Source of the DNA: Candidatus Aminicenantes bacterium
Lineage (GTDB): Bacteria; Acidobacteriota; Aminicenantia; Aminicenantales; JAFGBC01
NCBI GenBank assembly: GCA_963702005.1
Contig: OY969696.1
Location: forward strand, 4,224,001 to 4,288,000
Length of the DNA: 64,000 bases
Direction: 5' to 3'
Both the position numbers and the translations under genes were made by a program. The notes under the pieces were generated by a model, which searched no databases, was not told where the DNA came from, and worked only from the letters and a program-made list of their open reading frames with translations. Below are positions 16,781 to 26,969 of the stretch, piece by piece; the first letter of the stretch is position 1; every line of letters starts with the position of its first letter.

Positions 16781-17659
16781 ATGGAAATCGTCATCGCTAA
16801 AAATAGCGGACTCTGTTACGGCGTCAAGCGGGCTTTGACGATCGCGCGACGGACGCGGCGCGCCCGCCGGGGATCGGTTACAACCCTGGGCGACCTCGTC
16901 CATAACCCGCGGATCGGCGACGATCTTCGCGCCCAAGGCATCGGGTCGGCCGAAGACCCGGCCTCCATCGAGGCCGGAACGGTCATCATCCGCAGCCACG
17001 GGGTCGCGCCCGATGTCGAGCGGGCCCTCCGGGCCCGAAAGCTCCGCGTCGTCGACGCGACCTGTCCCATCGTCAAGAGTATCCAGCGGAAGGTCGCCGC
17101 GCTGGCCCGGACGCGACAGGAAATCGTCATCGTCGGAAATCCGGCCCACCCCGAAATCCGCGGCCTGGTCGGCTACAGTAGAGGCCGGGCTATAATCGTC
17201 GAGAACGCCGCCCGGGCCCGGACCCTGCCGGCCCGGAAGCGGCGAACCATCCTGGCCCAATCGACCCAAGATGAGGGATTGTTCGGAGAAGTCGTGGCGG
17301 CACTCCTGGAGCGGACCGAGGAGCTCCGCGTCCACAACACGATCTGCCGCTCGACCCAGACCCGGCAGCGCTCGACCTCCGAGCTGGCCGCCCGGGTCGA
17401 CGCCCTGTTCATCGTCGGGGGACGGACGAGCTCCAACACGAACAAGCTCTACGAGATCTCGCGCCGGATCCTGCCCTCGACCTATTTCGTCGAAAGCGCC
17501 GGCGAAATCGCCCCGGCCATGCTCCGCCGCGTCCGCCGGGTCGGAATCTCGGGAGGCGCCTCGACCCCGCCCGAAGCGATTCGGGAAGCCGTCGCCAGGA
17601 TCCGGACCAGCACCCCGGAATCATTCCAAAGGGAGACGAAAAGGCCATGTCAGATGTAA
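16781..17659 (+). CDS. ispH: 4-hydroxy-3-methylbut-2-enyl diphosphate reductase
   Basis: GLCYGVKRA, VHN, RSHG, DATCP, HPE, NTIC, SSNT, GASTP. Confidence 0.95.
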   Translation: MEIVIAKNSGLCYGVKRALTIARRTRRARRGSVTTLGDLVHNPRIGDDLRAQGIGSAEDPASIEAGTVIIRSHGVAPDVERALRARKLRVVDATCPIVKSIQRKVAALARTRQEIVIVGNPAHPEIRGLVGYSRGRAIIVENAARARTLPARKRRTILAQSTQDEGLFGEVVAALLERTEELRVHNTICRSTQTRQRSTSELAARVDALFIVGGRTSSNTNKLYEISRRILPSTYFVESAGEIAPAMLRRVRRVGISGGASTPPEAIREAVARIRTSTPESFQRETKRPCQM

Positions 17660-19482
17660 CCAACCACCCCGACAAGCCCGATAAGGACGAGAAGATCACC
17701 TCCGAGGATTACGCGGACCTCCTCGACCAGTACCAGTTCAGCACCAAGGAGATCTCCTACGGAAAGATCATCAAGGGCCGAGTCATCAAGATCACGCCGA
17801 CCCATGTCCTGGTCGATATCGGATTCAAGTCCGAGGGCATCATCCCGATCGAGGAATTCGGCGGCACCCCGGCCGGTGTCCCTTTCAAGCCGGGCGACGA
17901 AGTCCAGGCCATGGTTGAGCGGACCGACGCCAAGCAAGGCGCCCTCATCCTGTCCAAGAAGCACGCCGACGCCGTCCGGGCCGTCGACACCCTGGAGAAG
18001 GCCTTCTCCCACCAGACCTGGATCACGGGCCGCGTCAAGGAAAGAACCAAGAACGGCTATACCGTCGATGTCGGAATCGACGCTTTTCTGCCCGCCTCCC
18101 ACGCCGACCTGCGGATCGTCAAGGAGCCGGACAAGCTCATCGGCCAGATCTACAAGTTCAAGGTCATCAAGTTCGACCGGAAGACCGAGAACGCCGTCCT
18201 GTCCCGGAAACTCTACCTCCAGGAGGAACGGGAGAAGAAGCGGCGGCGCATTTTCGCCTCCCTGGCCAGGGGTCAGAAGATCAAGGGCCATGTCCGGTCC
18301 CTGACGAACTTCGGGGCTTTCGTCGACATCGGGGGGGTCGAAGGCCTCCTCCACGTCTCCGATTTATCCTGGGGCAAGGTCGACCATCCCTCCGAGGTCG
18401 TCAAGGTCGGCCAAGAGATCGATGTCGTCGTCCTCGACTTCAACGAGAAGGACGAAAAGATCTCCCTGGGATTCAAGCAGCTGACGCCCGATCCCTGGTC
18501 GAACGTCCAGGACAAGTACCGGTCCGGCCAGCGGCTCCAGGGCAAGGTCGTCAGCCTGACCGATTTCGGCGCCTTTATCGAGCTCGAAAAGGGCGTCGAG
18601 GGCCTCGTCCACATCTCTGACCTGAGCTGGTCCCGCAAGCACATCCATCCCAAGAAGCTCCTCAGCCTGGGCCAGGAGGTCGAAGTCTCGGTCCTCGACG
18701 TCAACTCCGAGTCCAAGAGGATCTCGCTCGGGATCAAGCAGCTCTTCCCGCACCCGATGGAGATCTTCAAGGAGAAGTACGCCGTCGGCTCCCGCGTCAA
18801 GGGCTTGGTGACCAGCCTCACCGACTTCGGCGCCTTCGTCGAGGTCGAGAAGGGGATCGAGGGCCTCGTCCACGTCTCGGACATCTCCTGGGAAAAGGTC
18901 AAGCATCCCTCGGACGTCCTCCAGGTCGGGCAGGAGACGGAGGCCGTCATCCTGGCCATCGACGTCGACAAGCAAAAGGTCTCGCTGGGCATCAAGCAGC
19001 TCCAGGGGGACGTCTGGGAGGATTTCTTCGCCCGCCAGAAGCTCGGCGACCTGGTCAAGGTCAAGGTCGTCCGGATCACGGACTTCGGCCTGTTCGTCGA
19101 GATCCTGCCCGGGATCGAGGGCGTCGTCTTTCTGTCCGAGCTGGACGAGAAAAAAATCGACGTCCCCTCCGAAGCTTTCAAGGTCGGCGACGAACGGACG
19201 GCCAAGATCCTCAAGATGAGCCAGAAAGACAAGAAGATCTCGCTGAGTTTCCGGCAAGCTCAAACCGACCTCCATAAGCAGGAGTATCAACGCTACCTCG
19301 AAAGCCAGGACAACCGTATGACCCTGGGCGATCTGATGAAGGACCAGCTCGCGAAGCTGGTGACCGTCCCCAAGCGGGAGGCCAAGCCCCCCGACAAAGA
19401 CGCCGGGGACCGGAAGGAGGCCCCGGCCTCGGTCGAAACTCCGAAGAAGGATCAGGAGGGAAAGGAGGGGTCCCATGATTAA
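17647..19482 (+). CDS. rpsA: 30S ribosomal protein S1
   Basis: Six S1 repeats (FGAFV-GVEGLVHISD-W, KISLG). Confidence 0.97.
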   Translation: MSDVTNHPDKPDKDEKITSEDYADLLDQYQFSTKEISYGKIIKGRVIKITPTHVLVDIGFKSEGIIPIEEFGGTPAGVPFKPGDEVQAMVERTDAKQGALILSKKHADAVRAVDTLEKAFSHQTWITGRVKERTKNGYTVDVGIDAFLPASHADLRIVKEPDKLIGQIYKFKVIKFDRKTENAVLSRKLYLQEEREKKRRRIFASLARGQKIKGHVRSLTNFGAFVDIGGVEGLLHVSDLSWGKVDHPSEVVKVGQEIDVVVLDFNEKDEKISLGFKQLTPDPWSNVQDKYRSGQRLQGKVVSLTDFGAFIELEKGVEGLVHISDLSWSRKHIHPKKLLSLGQEVEVSVLDVNSESKRISLGIKQLFPHPMEIFKEKYAVGSRVKGLVTSLTDFGAFVEVEKGIEGLVHVSDISWEKVKHPSDVLQVGQETEAVILAIDVDKQKVSLGIKQLQGDVWEDFFARQKLGDLVKVKVVRITDFGLFVEILPGIEGVVFLSELDEKKIDVPSEAFKVGDERTAKILKMSQKDKKISLSFRQAQTDLHKQEYQRYLESQDNRMTLGDLMKDQLAKLVTVPKREAKPPDKDAGDRKEAPASVETPKKDQEGKEGSHD

Positions 19483-19753
19483 GGCCGACTTGATCACCGC
19501 CATCGCCAAGAAGCTCGACGTCTCCAAGCAGGAGGCCGAATCGGGCGTCAACCTTTTCTTTGACACGATAAAGGACGCTATCCTGAGGGGGGAGGAAATC
19601 GAAATCCGGGGATTCGGCAGCTTCCGCTTCCGGAACCGGACCTCGCGTTCCGGCCGTAACCCGCGAACCGGAAAGCCGGTTAAAGTCCCCCCCAAGAAGG
19701 TCCTGTATTTCAAGCCGTCCAAGCTCCTCAAGGAGTTGATCAACAAATCGTGA
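19475..19753 (+). CDS. HU/IHF family DNA-binding protein
   Basis: EIRGFGSF, GRNPRTG, FKPSK. Confidence 0.95.
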   Translation: MIKADLITAIAKKLDVSKQEAESGVNLFFDTIKDAILRGEEIEIRGFGSFRFRNRTSRSGRNPRTGKPVKVPPKKVLYFKPSKLLKELINKS

Positions 19754-20259
19754 GGCCTTCCTTCATTACGGCGCCCTGGCGGGGACATTACGTCCGGAAT
19801 GCCCTGCAAATGAAAAATTGCATTTTTTGTCTGGCCCTGCGCGAAAAGAACGACCGGAAGGCCCTCATCCTTCACCGGGGACGGCGCAACTTCATCATGC
19901 TCAACCGCTTTCCCTATACGGTCGGCCACCTGATGATCGCGCCCTTCCGCCACACGGCCGATTTCGGACGGGTCCCCAAGGCCGTCAGCGACGAGATGAC
20001 CGACCTTCTCAAGCTCAGCGTCCGGATCTTCGGAAAGCGGGACAAGCCCCACGGCTTCAACATCGGCCTGAACCTCGGCGTCTGCGCCGGAGCCGGGGTC
20101 GCCGACCACTTCCACGTCCACATCGTCCCCCGCTGGCCGGGCGACGCTAATTTCATGCCCGTCATCGGGGAGACCAAGGTCATCATCGAGGACCTGGACG
20201 CGACCTACGACCGCCTCCTCCCCCTCTTCCGGCGGGCGAAATCATCCTCAACGAGGTGA
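19750..20259 (+). CDS. HIT family hydrolase
   Basis: APWR, CIFC, LNRFPY-GHLMI, GFNIGLN-AGAG, HFHVHIVPRW. Confidence 0.93.
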   Translation: MRPSFITAPWRGHYVRNALQMKNCIFCLALREKNDRKALILHRGRRNFIMLNRFPYTVGHLMIAPFRHTADFGRVPKAVSDEMTDLLKLSVRIFGKRDKPHGFNIGLNLGVCAGAGVADHFHVHIVPRWPGDANFMPVIGETKVIIEDLDATYDRLLPLFRRAKSSSTR

Positions 20260-20263
20260 GACT

Positions 20264-22198
20264 ATGCTCAAATCCATGCGTCGCAACGTCAAATCGCTGA
20301 AACCGACCTTGTGGATCGTCATCGGGACATTTATCGTCGCCATCTTCGCGGTCTGGGGCGGCGCCAGCCGGCTGGGCGAGCAGGGGGGGAGCGGCACGCT
20401 GGTTTTCATAGGAAGGCAGCGGATCTCTCAGGAGGCTTACACGGCCGCCTTTCGCCAGCGGATCGAAGCCATGCGCAAGCAGTACCCGGACCTCAAGAAG
20501 ACCCTCATCCAGCAGCTCAATCTCCCCCAACAGACTCTTGAGGAAATGGTGACCCAGACCCTCCTCCTCGAACTGGCCAAGGACATGAACCTGGCCGCGA
20601 CCGACGCCGAGATCCGGGATAGGATCGTCAGCTACCCCGTCTTCCAGCGGGACGGCCAATTCATCGGGTTCGACGAATACAGACGGATCCTGAACTGGAA
20701 CCGGATTTCGATTTCCGACTTCGAGAACAACCTCCGGACCGAGGTCCTGCTGACTAAGGTCGTCCAGGTCCTTACGGCCGGGGTCGCGGTGACCCCGGAC
20801 GAAATCTGGGACAATTACCGGAAAGAGAACGAAACGGCCAAAGTCGAGTATCTGGTCCTCGAGAAAGACAAGGTCGCCCTCGAAACGCAGCCCGGCGAGG
20901 CCGAGCTCCAGGCTTATTTCGAGAAGAACAAGGCTTCCTTCCATGTCCCCGAGAAACGGGAGGCCGACCTAGTCGTCCTGTCCGCGGACGACCTCAAGAA
21001 GGAGGTCAAGGTCAGCGACGCCGATATCGCGTCCTACTATAAGGACAACAACGCCCAGTTCAAGACGCCGGCGACGACCCGGGTCAGCCGGATCTGGTTC
21101 CCCTTTGAGAGCCGGGACAAGGCCCTCGTCCGGGCCGAGGCCCAAAGCGTCCTCGACCGGCTGGCCGGGGGCGAGGATTTCGCCGTCCTCGCCAAGAAGT
21201 TCTCCAAGGACGCTAAGGCCGCCGAAGGGGGCGACTGGGGGGCCACCGAGTGGCGCTCCCTCCCCTCGGCCGAGCAGGACGCGGTCGCCAAGCTCGACAC
21301 CGGGAAGCTCTCGGGACTGGTCGAGTCCGAGGGCGGCCTGGCCGTCCTCAAGGTCACCGAGAAGACGGTCGAGGCCAGCCAGTCTCTGGACGAGGTTAAA
21401 ACCCGGATCCGGACCATCCTCGAGGACGAGAAAGCCCGGACCCTGGCCGACCAGCGGATCGCCGATCTCGCCAAACGGGCGCGCCGGGAAAAGAGCCTCG
21501 ACGTCGCCGCCCAGCGCCTGAGCCTCAAGCCGCGTAAAACGGGCCCTCTCAAGGCCGGCCAAGCCCTCGAGGAGATCGACCCGTCCGGCTCGATCAGCGG
21601 CGCCTTGTTCAACCTCAAGGAGAAGGATATCTCGGAGCCCATCTACACTTACAACGGGGTCGCTCTTGTTCAGCTGCAACGGATCGCGCCCTCCCACGCC
21701 GGCTCCTTCGCCGAGGTCAAGGACGATGTCAGCCAGGCAATGACCCTCGAGCGCAAGAAGGAGCGGATCCGGGAGCGGATCAACGCCCTCCGGGCCCGGC
21801 TCCTGGCCGAGACCAAGAAGAGCTGGGAGGACATCGCCAAGGACGAGGGGCTCGAGTTCAAAACGATCAACGAGCACAAGCGCGAGCAGTACGTCGGGAC
21901 GATCGGCGAGAACGCCCGTTTCGACGCCAGCGCCTTCAGCCTTCCCCTTCGGACGGTCAGCGAACCGATCGAGTACGAGAACGGCTACGCCCTTCTCCGG
22001 GTTCTCGAGCGCAAGGAGATCAGCCGGACCGACTTGGACAAAGTCCAGGCCGCCGAGCGCGGCAAGCTCCTCGAGGCCAAGAAGAACAAGTTCCTCCAGT
22101 CGTTCCTGGCCAAGGCCCGCGAGGAAAAGAAAGTCAGGATCAAATACGACCTCTTCCTCAAGCTCAACTCCGACCTGCTCGCCCGCTTCAGCGACTAG
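20264..22198 (+). CDS. SurA/PpiD-type peptidyl-prolyl isomerase chaperone
   Basis: N-terminal membrane anchor, SurA_N region, parvulin GEDFAVLAKKFSKD-GGDWG. Confidence 0.88.
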   Translation: MLKSMRRNVKSLKPTLWIVIGTFIVAIFAVWGGASRLGEQGGSGTLVFIGRQRISQEAYTAAFRQRIEAMRKQYPDLKKTLIQQLNLPQQTLEEMVTQTLLLELAKDMNLAATDAEIRDRIVSYPVFQRDGQFIGFDEYRRILNWNRISISDFENNLRTEVLLTKVVQVLTAGVAVTPDEIWDNYRKENETAKVEYLVLEKDKVALETQPGEAELQAYFEKNKASFHVPEKREADLVVLSADDLKKEVKVSDADIASYYKDNNAQFKTPATTRVSRIWFPFESRDKALVRAEAQSVLDRLAGGEDFAVLAKKFSKDAKAAEGGDWGATEWRSLPSAEQDAVAKLDTGKLSGLVESEGGLAVLKVTEKTVEASQSLDEVKTRIRTILEDEKARTLADQRIADLAKRARREKSLDVAAQRLSLKPRKTGPLKAGQALEEIDPSGSISGALFNLKEKDISEPIYTYNGVALVQLQRIAPSHAGSFAEVKDDVSQAMTLERKKERIRERINALRARLLAETKKSWEDIAKDEGLEFKTINEHKREQYVGTIGENARFDASAFSLPLRTVSEPIEYENGYALLRVLERKEISRTDLDKVQAAERGKLLEAKKNKFLQSFLAKAREEKKVRIKYDLFLKLNSDLLARFSD

Positions 22199-22225
22199 CG
22201 CCGGAGGCGGGGGAGAAAGAACCTC

Positions 22226-23167
22226 ATGAACAAGCTCCGGCGTGCGGCCGAGAAGGCCGTCAGCCAATCCCTCAAGCTCCGGGCCAAGGATCATTTCCTG
22301 CTCGTCACCGACAAACACAAGATGGATATCGCCGAGGCCCTGGCTTTTTGGGCCAAGAAGGCGGGCGCCGAGACGACGACCTACCTGATGACCGAGACGC
22401 TGCGGCCGATCAAGGCGCCAACCCGGCTCTTTCAGGAGATGATCAAGCGGGCGACGGCCGTCGCCTACCTTCTCGACGCCCGGATCGAGGAGAAGCCCTT
22501 CCGCGGCTACATGGTCGGGATGGGCATGAAGCTCGGCCGGATCTGCATGATGCCCGGCCTGACCCGGGACATGATGGAGCGGCTCGTCGACATCGACTTC
22601 GAGGCCATGGACCTCTTCACCCGGCGCGTCATGGCGGCCCTCCGGGACGCCGACGACGTCGTCATCGAGAACCCCGAGGGGACCCGGATCGCCTTCAGCG
22701 TCAAGGGCCGCGACTGGCACAACGACAACGGCGATATCTCCCGCAAAGGCAAGCACGGGAATCTGCCGGCCGGGGAATGCTACACGGCGCCGGTCGAGGA
22801 GACTTTCACGGGCCGGATCGTCATCTCCCTGATTGACGACAAGATCGGCCGCGGCGTCATGGAGTTCAAAAAGGGACGGCTCGTCAAGTGGAGCGGCAAG
22901 GGGGTCGAAGCCATCGTTAGGAACATCGGGAAAGACCCGACCGGGTTCATCATCGGCGAGTTCGGGATCGGGACGAACCGGGGGGCCCGGATCTCGCCCA
23001 ACATGCTCGAGGCCGAGAAGGCGTTCGGCACGGTCCACTTCGCGATCGGCGACTCCTACGGCATCGGCAAGAACAAGTCCAAGCACCACTACGACGCCCT
23101 GGTCGGCAAGGTCACGATCCGGGCCGGGGGGAAGACGATCGCCAAGGACGGCCGGTTTTTAATTTAG
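22226..23167 (+). CDS. Aminopeptidase (M29-like)
   Basis: GNLPAGE-APVE, IGEFGIGTN, EAEKAFGTVHFAIG, HYD. Confidence 0.88.
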   Translation: MNKLRRAAEKAVSQSLKLRAKDHFLLVTDKHKMDIAEALAFWAKKAGAETTTYLMTETLRPIKAPTRLFQEMIKRATAVAYLLDARIEEKPFRGYMVGMGMKLGRICMMPGLTRDMMERLVDIDFEAMDLFTRRVMAALRDADDVVIENPEGTRIAFSVKGRDWHNDNGDISRKGKHGNLPAGECYTAPVEETFTGRIVISLIDDKIGRGVMEFKKGRLVKWSGKGVEAIVRNIGKDPTGFIIGEFGIGTNRGARISPNMLEAEKAFGTVHFAIGDSYGIGKNKSKHHYDALVGKVTIRAGGKTIAKDGRFLI

Positions 23168-23206
23168 AAAAGGCTTTGATAGCGGTTGGGCGACTGTCCC
23201 ATCTTC

Positions 23207-23271
23207 CTCGGACAGGCTCAGCCGACGAGGCATCTAGTACTCAGAGCTTCCCTGAGTATGGGGGTCGAAGG
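23207..23271. repeat. REP-like fragment shared with 54643-54673
   Basis: Exact 19-mer CTCGGACAGGCTCAGCCGA at both sites, followed by TGGGG(G/T)TCGAAGG; here interrupted by hairpin TACTCAG-CTGAGTA. Confidence 0.6.
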
Positions 23272-23274
23272 TTC

Positions 23275-25242
23275 ATGAAACCTTCTTTTAGGGCCTTATT
23301 CTGCATCGCAATCCTGAGCTTGAATTTTCTCTCGGCTCAACACGAAGTCACGGTGACTCTGAAATTGGCCCAAGTTTATGTCCTGGATAAGTCCGGAAAC
23401 GCGGTCGCCGATTTGACCAAAGCCGACTTTGAGCTTTATGACAACGGCCAAGCCAAGCCCATTACGGATTTCGAAAAACACGAGTTGTCCTTGGGTCAAA
23501 TTCCGCAAGTCCCGCAACCTTCGCTTTCATCCCCGTCTGTTTCGAAAATGAACCGGAAGTTCTTCCTGTTCTTCGATTTTGCCTTCAACAACAGGGCGGG
23601 GATCTCGAAATCGAGGACGGCCGCGTTGAATTTTCTCGATACCCAGGTCCGTCCCGGAGACGAAGTCGGGGTAATATCGTTTTCGGCGAGAAAGGGATTG
23701 ACTCTTCACGAATATCTGACATCCGACCACGCAAGAATCCGCCAGGTCGTCGAGGGTCTGGGGTCCAATAAATTCCTGGGGAGAGCCTGGGGTCTCGAAA
23801 GCGAATGGCTCAAGGACCATATAAAATTGGATGAAGCCCTTGGCATGGGCGGGAATGAGGGAATGACAAATAGAATCGCTGAAGCTGAACAATCGGCTTT
23901 AAAGAAAGAAGCCATCGGCTTTGCCTCTCAGATTTCCGATCTGGCCAAGGCCCTCCGAAATATGCCCGGCATAAAAAACATTATTCTGTTCTCCTCCGGA
24001 ATTCCGAATTACGCACTATACGGGGGGGGAAACTACAGGGACGAAACGGGAAGCCAATGGGGGGATACCACATTGCGCGACCGTTACAACGGAATGTGCA
24101 AGGAATTGGCGGGCTCCAACAGCGCCGTCTATGCCGTCAACGTCTCCAGCGCCGGGTCCGCGCCTTTCGATGAAAGGGACCTGAAGGGTGATGGAGCGCT
24201 CCGCCAACTGGCTAGGGAATCGGGCGGCAAGTATTTCGATAACATCAACAGCTATGAGACGATCAACCGGACCATTCAAAAGGTGACCGGGACATACTAT
24301 GTACTCGGGTGCTATATCGATGAAAAGTGGGATGGCCGTTTCCACAGCGTCCGGGTCGAGGTCAAGCGGAAAGGCTGCTCCGTCTTCGGCCAGCAAGGAT
24401 ATTTCAATCCGAAGCCTTTTTCCGAGTATTCGGAAAACGAAAAGCTCCTTCATATGATCGACCTGGCCTTGGCCGAGAACCCCCTGCTCCAGGCCCCTGC
24501 TGAAGCTCCGCTGACCGCCCTGCCGATTATGGCCGGCGGGAAGTCGGGTCTCGTAGCCTTCCTCGGTATTCCGCGTCAGCTTGGGGCGAATGCTCTGGCG
24601 AACAACGCCGAAGCCCTTTGCCTGATTTTTGACGAGAAAGGAGATGCCGAGTCCATCGTCCCGCTGAAAGTCGCGGCCCACAATCTGGAAAAAGATATGA
24701 CCCTGCTTGTCTTTGTCGCTCCGGCACGGCCGGGCCGCGTCGTCTGTAGAATAGTCCTCTGCAACATGGAGACCGGATATGGGGTCAGGGGATCCCAGAC
24801 GATCACTATCCTGGAAGCTCGCGATGCGACCCTTTGGCTCGATCCGCCTCTCATCCTAGCCAATCGAAGCGTCGAGGAGATTTGCGCTCCGCCCCAGGCG
24901 TCGCTAGCAAACATATATGCTTATGACGCGAAAGAATATTCTCCCTTGCTTGAGGATCTGCCCGCCGGGACGAAGATATTACGAGCGGCCCTTCGGGTTA
25001 CATCACTTAGGTCGAATCCCGAGATCGAGCTGACGGCGCAGCTCAGGGAGGCGGGCGGGACGAGTCCGTGGCCGGTTCCCGTGGCCATCCTCAAAGAATT
25101 CACGGATGGTCTGACGAAGAAGCTCCTAATCGATTTGGCTCCGGGCGATCTCAAGCCCGGCCACTACTCGCTCTCCCTGATCGCCAAGGAAAAGGGCGGC
25201 CCGACAATTGCCCAGACGACCGTCGAGATAGCAGTAAAATAG
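23275..25242 (+). CDS. Secreted VWA-domain protein (Acidobacterial VWFA-related type)
   Basis: Signal peptide; VLDKSGNAVADLTKADFELYDNG, KNIILFSSG, LARESGGKYF, YYVLG-DGRFHSVRVEV; start moved to ATG 23275. Confidence 0.82.
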   Translation: MKPSFRALFCIAILSLNFLSAQHEVTVTLKLAQVYVLDKSGNAVADLTKADFELYDNGQAKPITDFEKHELSLGQIPQVPQPSLSSPSVSKMNRKFFLFFDFAFNNRAGISKSRTAALNFLDTQVRPGDEVGVISFSARKGLTLHEYLTSDHARIRQVVEGLGSNKFLGRAWGLESEWLKDHIKLDEALGMGGNEGMTNRIAEAEQSALKKEAIGFASQISDLAKALRNMPGIKNIILFSSGIPNYALYGGGNYRDETGSQWGDTTLRDRYNGMCKELAGSNSAVYAVNVSSAGSAPFDERDLKGDGALRQLARESGGKYFDNINSYETINRTIQKVTGTYYVLGCYIDEKWDGRFHSVRVEVKRKGCSVFGQQGYFNPKPFSEYSENEKLLHMIDLALAENPLLQAPAEAPLTALPIMAGGKSGLVAFLGIPRQLGANALANNAEALCLIFDEKGDAESIVPLKVAAHNLEKDMTLLVFVAPARPGRVVCRIVLCNMETGYGVRGSQTITILEARDATLWLDPPLILANRSVEEICAPPQASLANIYAYDAKEYSPLLEDLPAGTKILRAALRVTSLRSNPEIELTAQLREAGGTSPWPVPVAILKEFTDGLTKKLLIDLAPGDLKPGHYSLSLIAKEKGGPTIAQTTVEIAVK

Positions 25243-25256
25243 ATAGAAGAACGAAG

Positions 25257-25949
25257 ATGAGCTATTACAAAGAAGGGCTCGCCGGCGAACGGCTTAGGCG
25301 GGTCTACGAGATCGCGCCACCTCGAATCCGGCAATATCTGGACGCGGAAGTCGCCTTCGTCCTGGATAATATCCGTCCCGGAGACGCCGTCCTCGAGCTC
25401 GGCTGCGGCTACGGCCGGATTATGGGCCCAGTCGCCGAAAAAGCGCGGCTCGTCATAGGCATCGACCTGTCCTTGGCGAGCCTGCGCTTCGCGAAGCCTC
25501 TCCTGGCGGCAAATCCCAAGTGCGGGCTGGCCGCCATGGACGCCCGCCGCCTGGGTTTCCGGGACGGCGCCTTCGACGCCGTCCTCTGCATCCAGAACGG
25601 GATCTCCGCCTTTAAGATCGATCCCCCGGCGCTGATGGGGGAAAGCCTCCGGGTCGTCCGGTCCGGAGGCACGGCCTTCTTCTCGAGCTATGCGGACCGA
25701 TTTTGGAAGGACCGCCTGGAATGGTTCCGGCTCCAGGCCGCGGCCGGACTCGTCGGCGAAATTGATGAAGAAAAAACGGGAAACGGCGTCATCGTCTGCA
25801 AGGACGGCTTCACGGCCAGGACATTCCGGCCGGCGGATTTCCTGTCTCTCGCCCGGACGCTCGGGGTCGAAGCGCGCATCGAAGAGGTCGACGGCTCGAG
25901 CCTATTCTGCTCCGTCACGCCTCCCGCTCGAGATCCCCGAGCGTATTGA
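25257..25949 (+). CDS. Class I SAM-dependent methyltransferase
   Basis: VLELGCGYGR, GIDLS, MDA, FDAV; start at ATG 25257. Confidence 0.9.
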   Translation: MSYYKEGLAGERLRRVYEIAPPRIRQYLDAEVAFVLDNIRPGDAVLELGCGYGRIMGPVAEKARLVIGIDLSLASLRFAKPLLAANPKCGLAAMDARRLGFRDGAFDAVLCIQNGISAFKIDPPALMGESLRVVRSGGTAFFSSYADRFWKDRLEWFRLQAAAGLVGEIDEEKTGNGVIVCKDGFTARTFRPADFLSLARTLGVEARIEEVDGSSLFCSVTPPARDPRAY

Positions 25950-26628
25950 TGCCGAGGATGAGCCTCGGGTCTCCGACCCGGAAAGCTTCGACCCGGCGCC
26001 CGCGCCGAGCCAGGACTTCGACGATGTCGGTCAGATAAAACTCCCGCTTGGCGTTGTCGTTGCCGATCGCGGATAAAAGCGGCATGACGACCCCGGCTTT
26101 GAAAACGTAGTGGGAGGTGCACGTCTCGTTAATCGCCTTGACCTCGGGCGTCGCGTCCCACTCCTCGATGATCCGCAGGATGCGTCCCGCTTCGTCGCGC
26201 ACGACTCGTCCGTAGTGGGGGGGCCTGTCCCAGACGACGGTCGCCAGCGTCGCGTCGGCGCCCGAGGCGCGATGCGCGGAGAGGAGCCCGCCCAGAAAAT
26301 CCGGCGTCACGAACGGCGCGTCGCCCGGCAGGACGAGGAGGTCGCCGTCGAAATCCCGGAGGAGCGGTTTCGCCGCCATAAGCGCATGGGCTGTTCCAAG
26401 TTGCTCATTTTGAATGACATACTCGATTTCGGGTCCCAGCGCGGCTTCGACTTCTGCGGCCTTATGGCCGATGACCATTATGATGCGCGGGATCATGGCG
26501 CCCCGGCAGGCCTCGATGACATAACGGACCATGGGCTTTCCACGGAAGGGAACGAGGACCTTGGCCGTGTCCGTCTTCATCCGGGTTCCCCTCCCGGCCG
26601 CCAGGATGACCGCCGCCGTTCCCCTCAT
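25915..26628 (-). CDS. Sugar-phosphate nucleotidyltransferase (GlmU N-terminal domain only)
   Basis: ILAAGRGTRMK, QLGTAHA, GDAP, YGRVVR, EFYLTD, GINT; no acetyltransferase domain. Confidence 0.88.
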   Translation of the reverse strand: MRGTAAVILAAGRGTRMKTDTAKVLVPFRGKPMVRYVIEACRGAMIPRIIMVIGHKAAEVEAALGPEIEYVIQNEQLGTAHALMAAKPLLRDFDGDLLVLPGDAPFVTPDFLGGLLSAHRASGADATLATVVWDRPPHYGRVVRDEAGRILRIIEEWDATPEVKAINETCTSHYVFKAGVVMPLLSAIGNDNAKREFYLTDIVEVLARRGRRVEAFRVGDPRLILGINTLGDLEREA

Positions 26629-26969
26629 GGGTTCGGGACCTCGCCGCCGGGCGGAACCGGGGCCTTCAAAAAAACAATCGTCGCGCCCCATCCGCCCCGC
26701 CCCTCGTCGGCGGTCCGGAATCCCGCGACCTCGGGCATCCGCTCCAAGACAGCCTGAACGGTCCGGCGCAAGACGCCCATCCCCTTGCCGTGAATGAGGC
26801 GGACCTCGAGGATGCCTCGCTTCCGGCACTCGGCCAGGTAGTCCGGCACGATGTCCTTGACCTTGGCCGGCTTCACGGTGTGCAGGTCGAGCACGCCTTC
26901 GATCGGGATGGCCACCGGCTCGAGGCTCTCGATGTCGTCCGGGATGCCGTCGTCTCGGCCTTCCGTCAT
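26625..26969 (-). CDS. Stand-alone Smr domain protein
   Basis: LDLH, VRLIHGKGMGVLR, GGWGATIV. Confidence 0.9.
   Translation of the reverse strand: MTEGRDDGIPDDIESLEPVAIPIEGVLDLHTVKPAKVKDIVPDYLAECRKRGILEVRLIHGKGMGVLRRTVQAVLERMPEVAGFRTADEGRGGWGATIVFLKAPVPPGGEVPNP

Noticed and set aside
17640-17665. ispH-rpsA as a frameshifted fusion gene
   Set aside because: Fusions exist in some lineages, but here both ORFs are complete, overlap by 13 bp and rpsA has its own ATG with a purine-rich leader.
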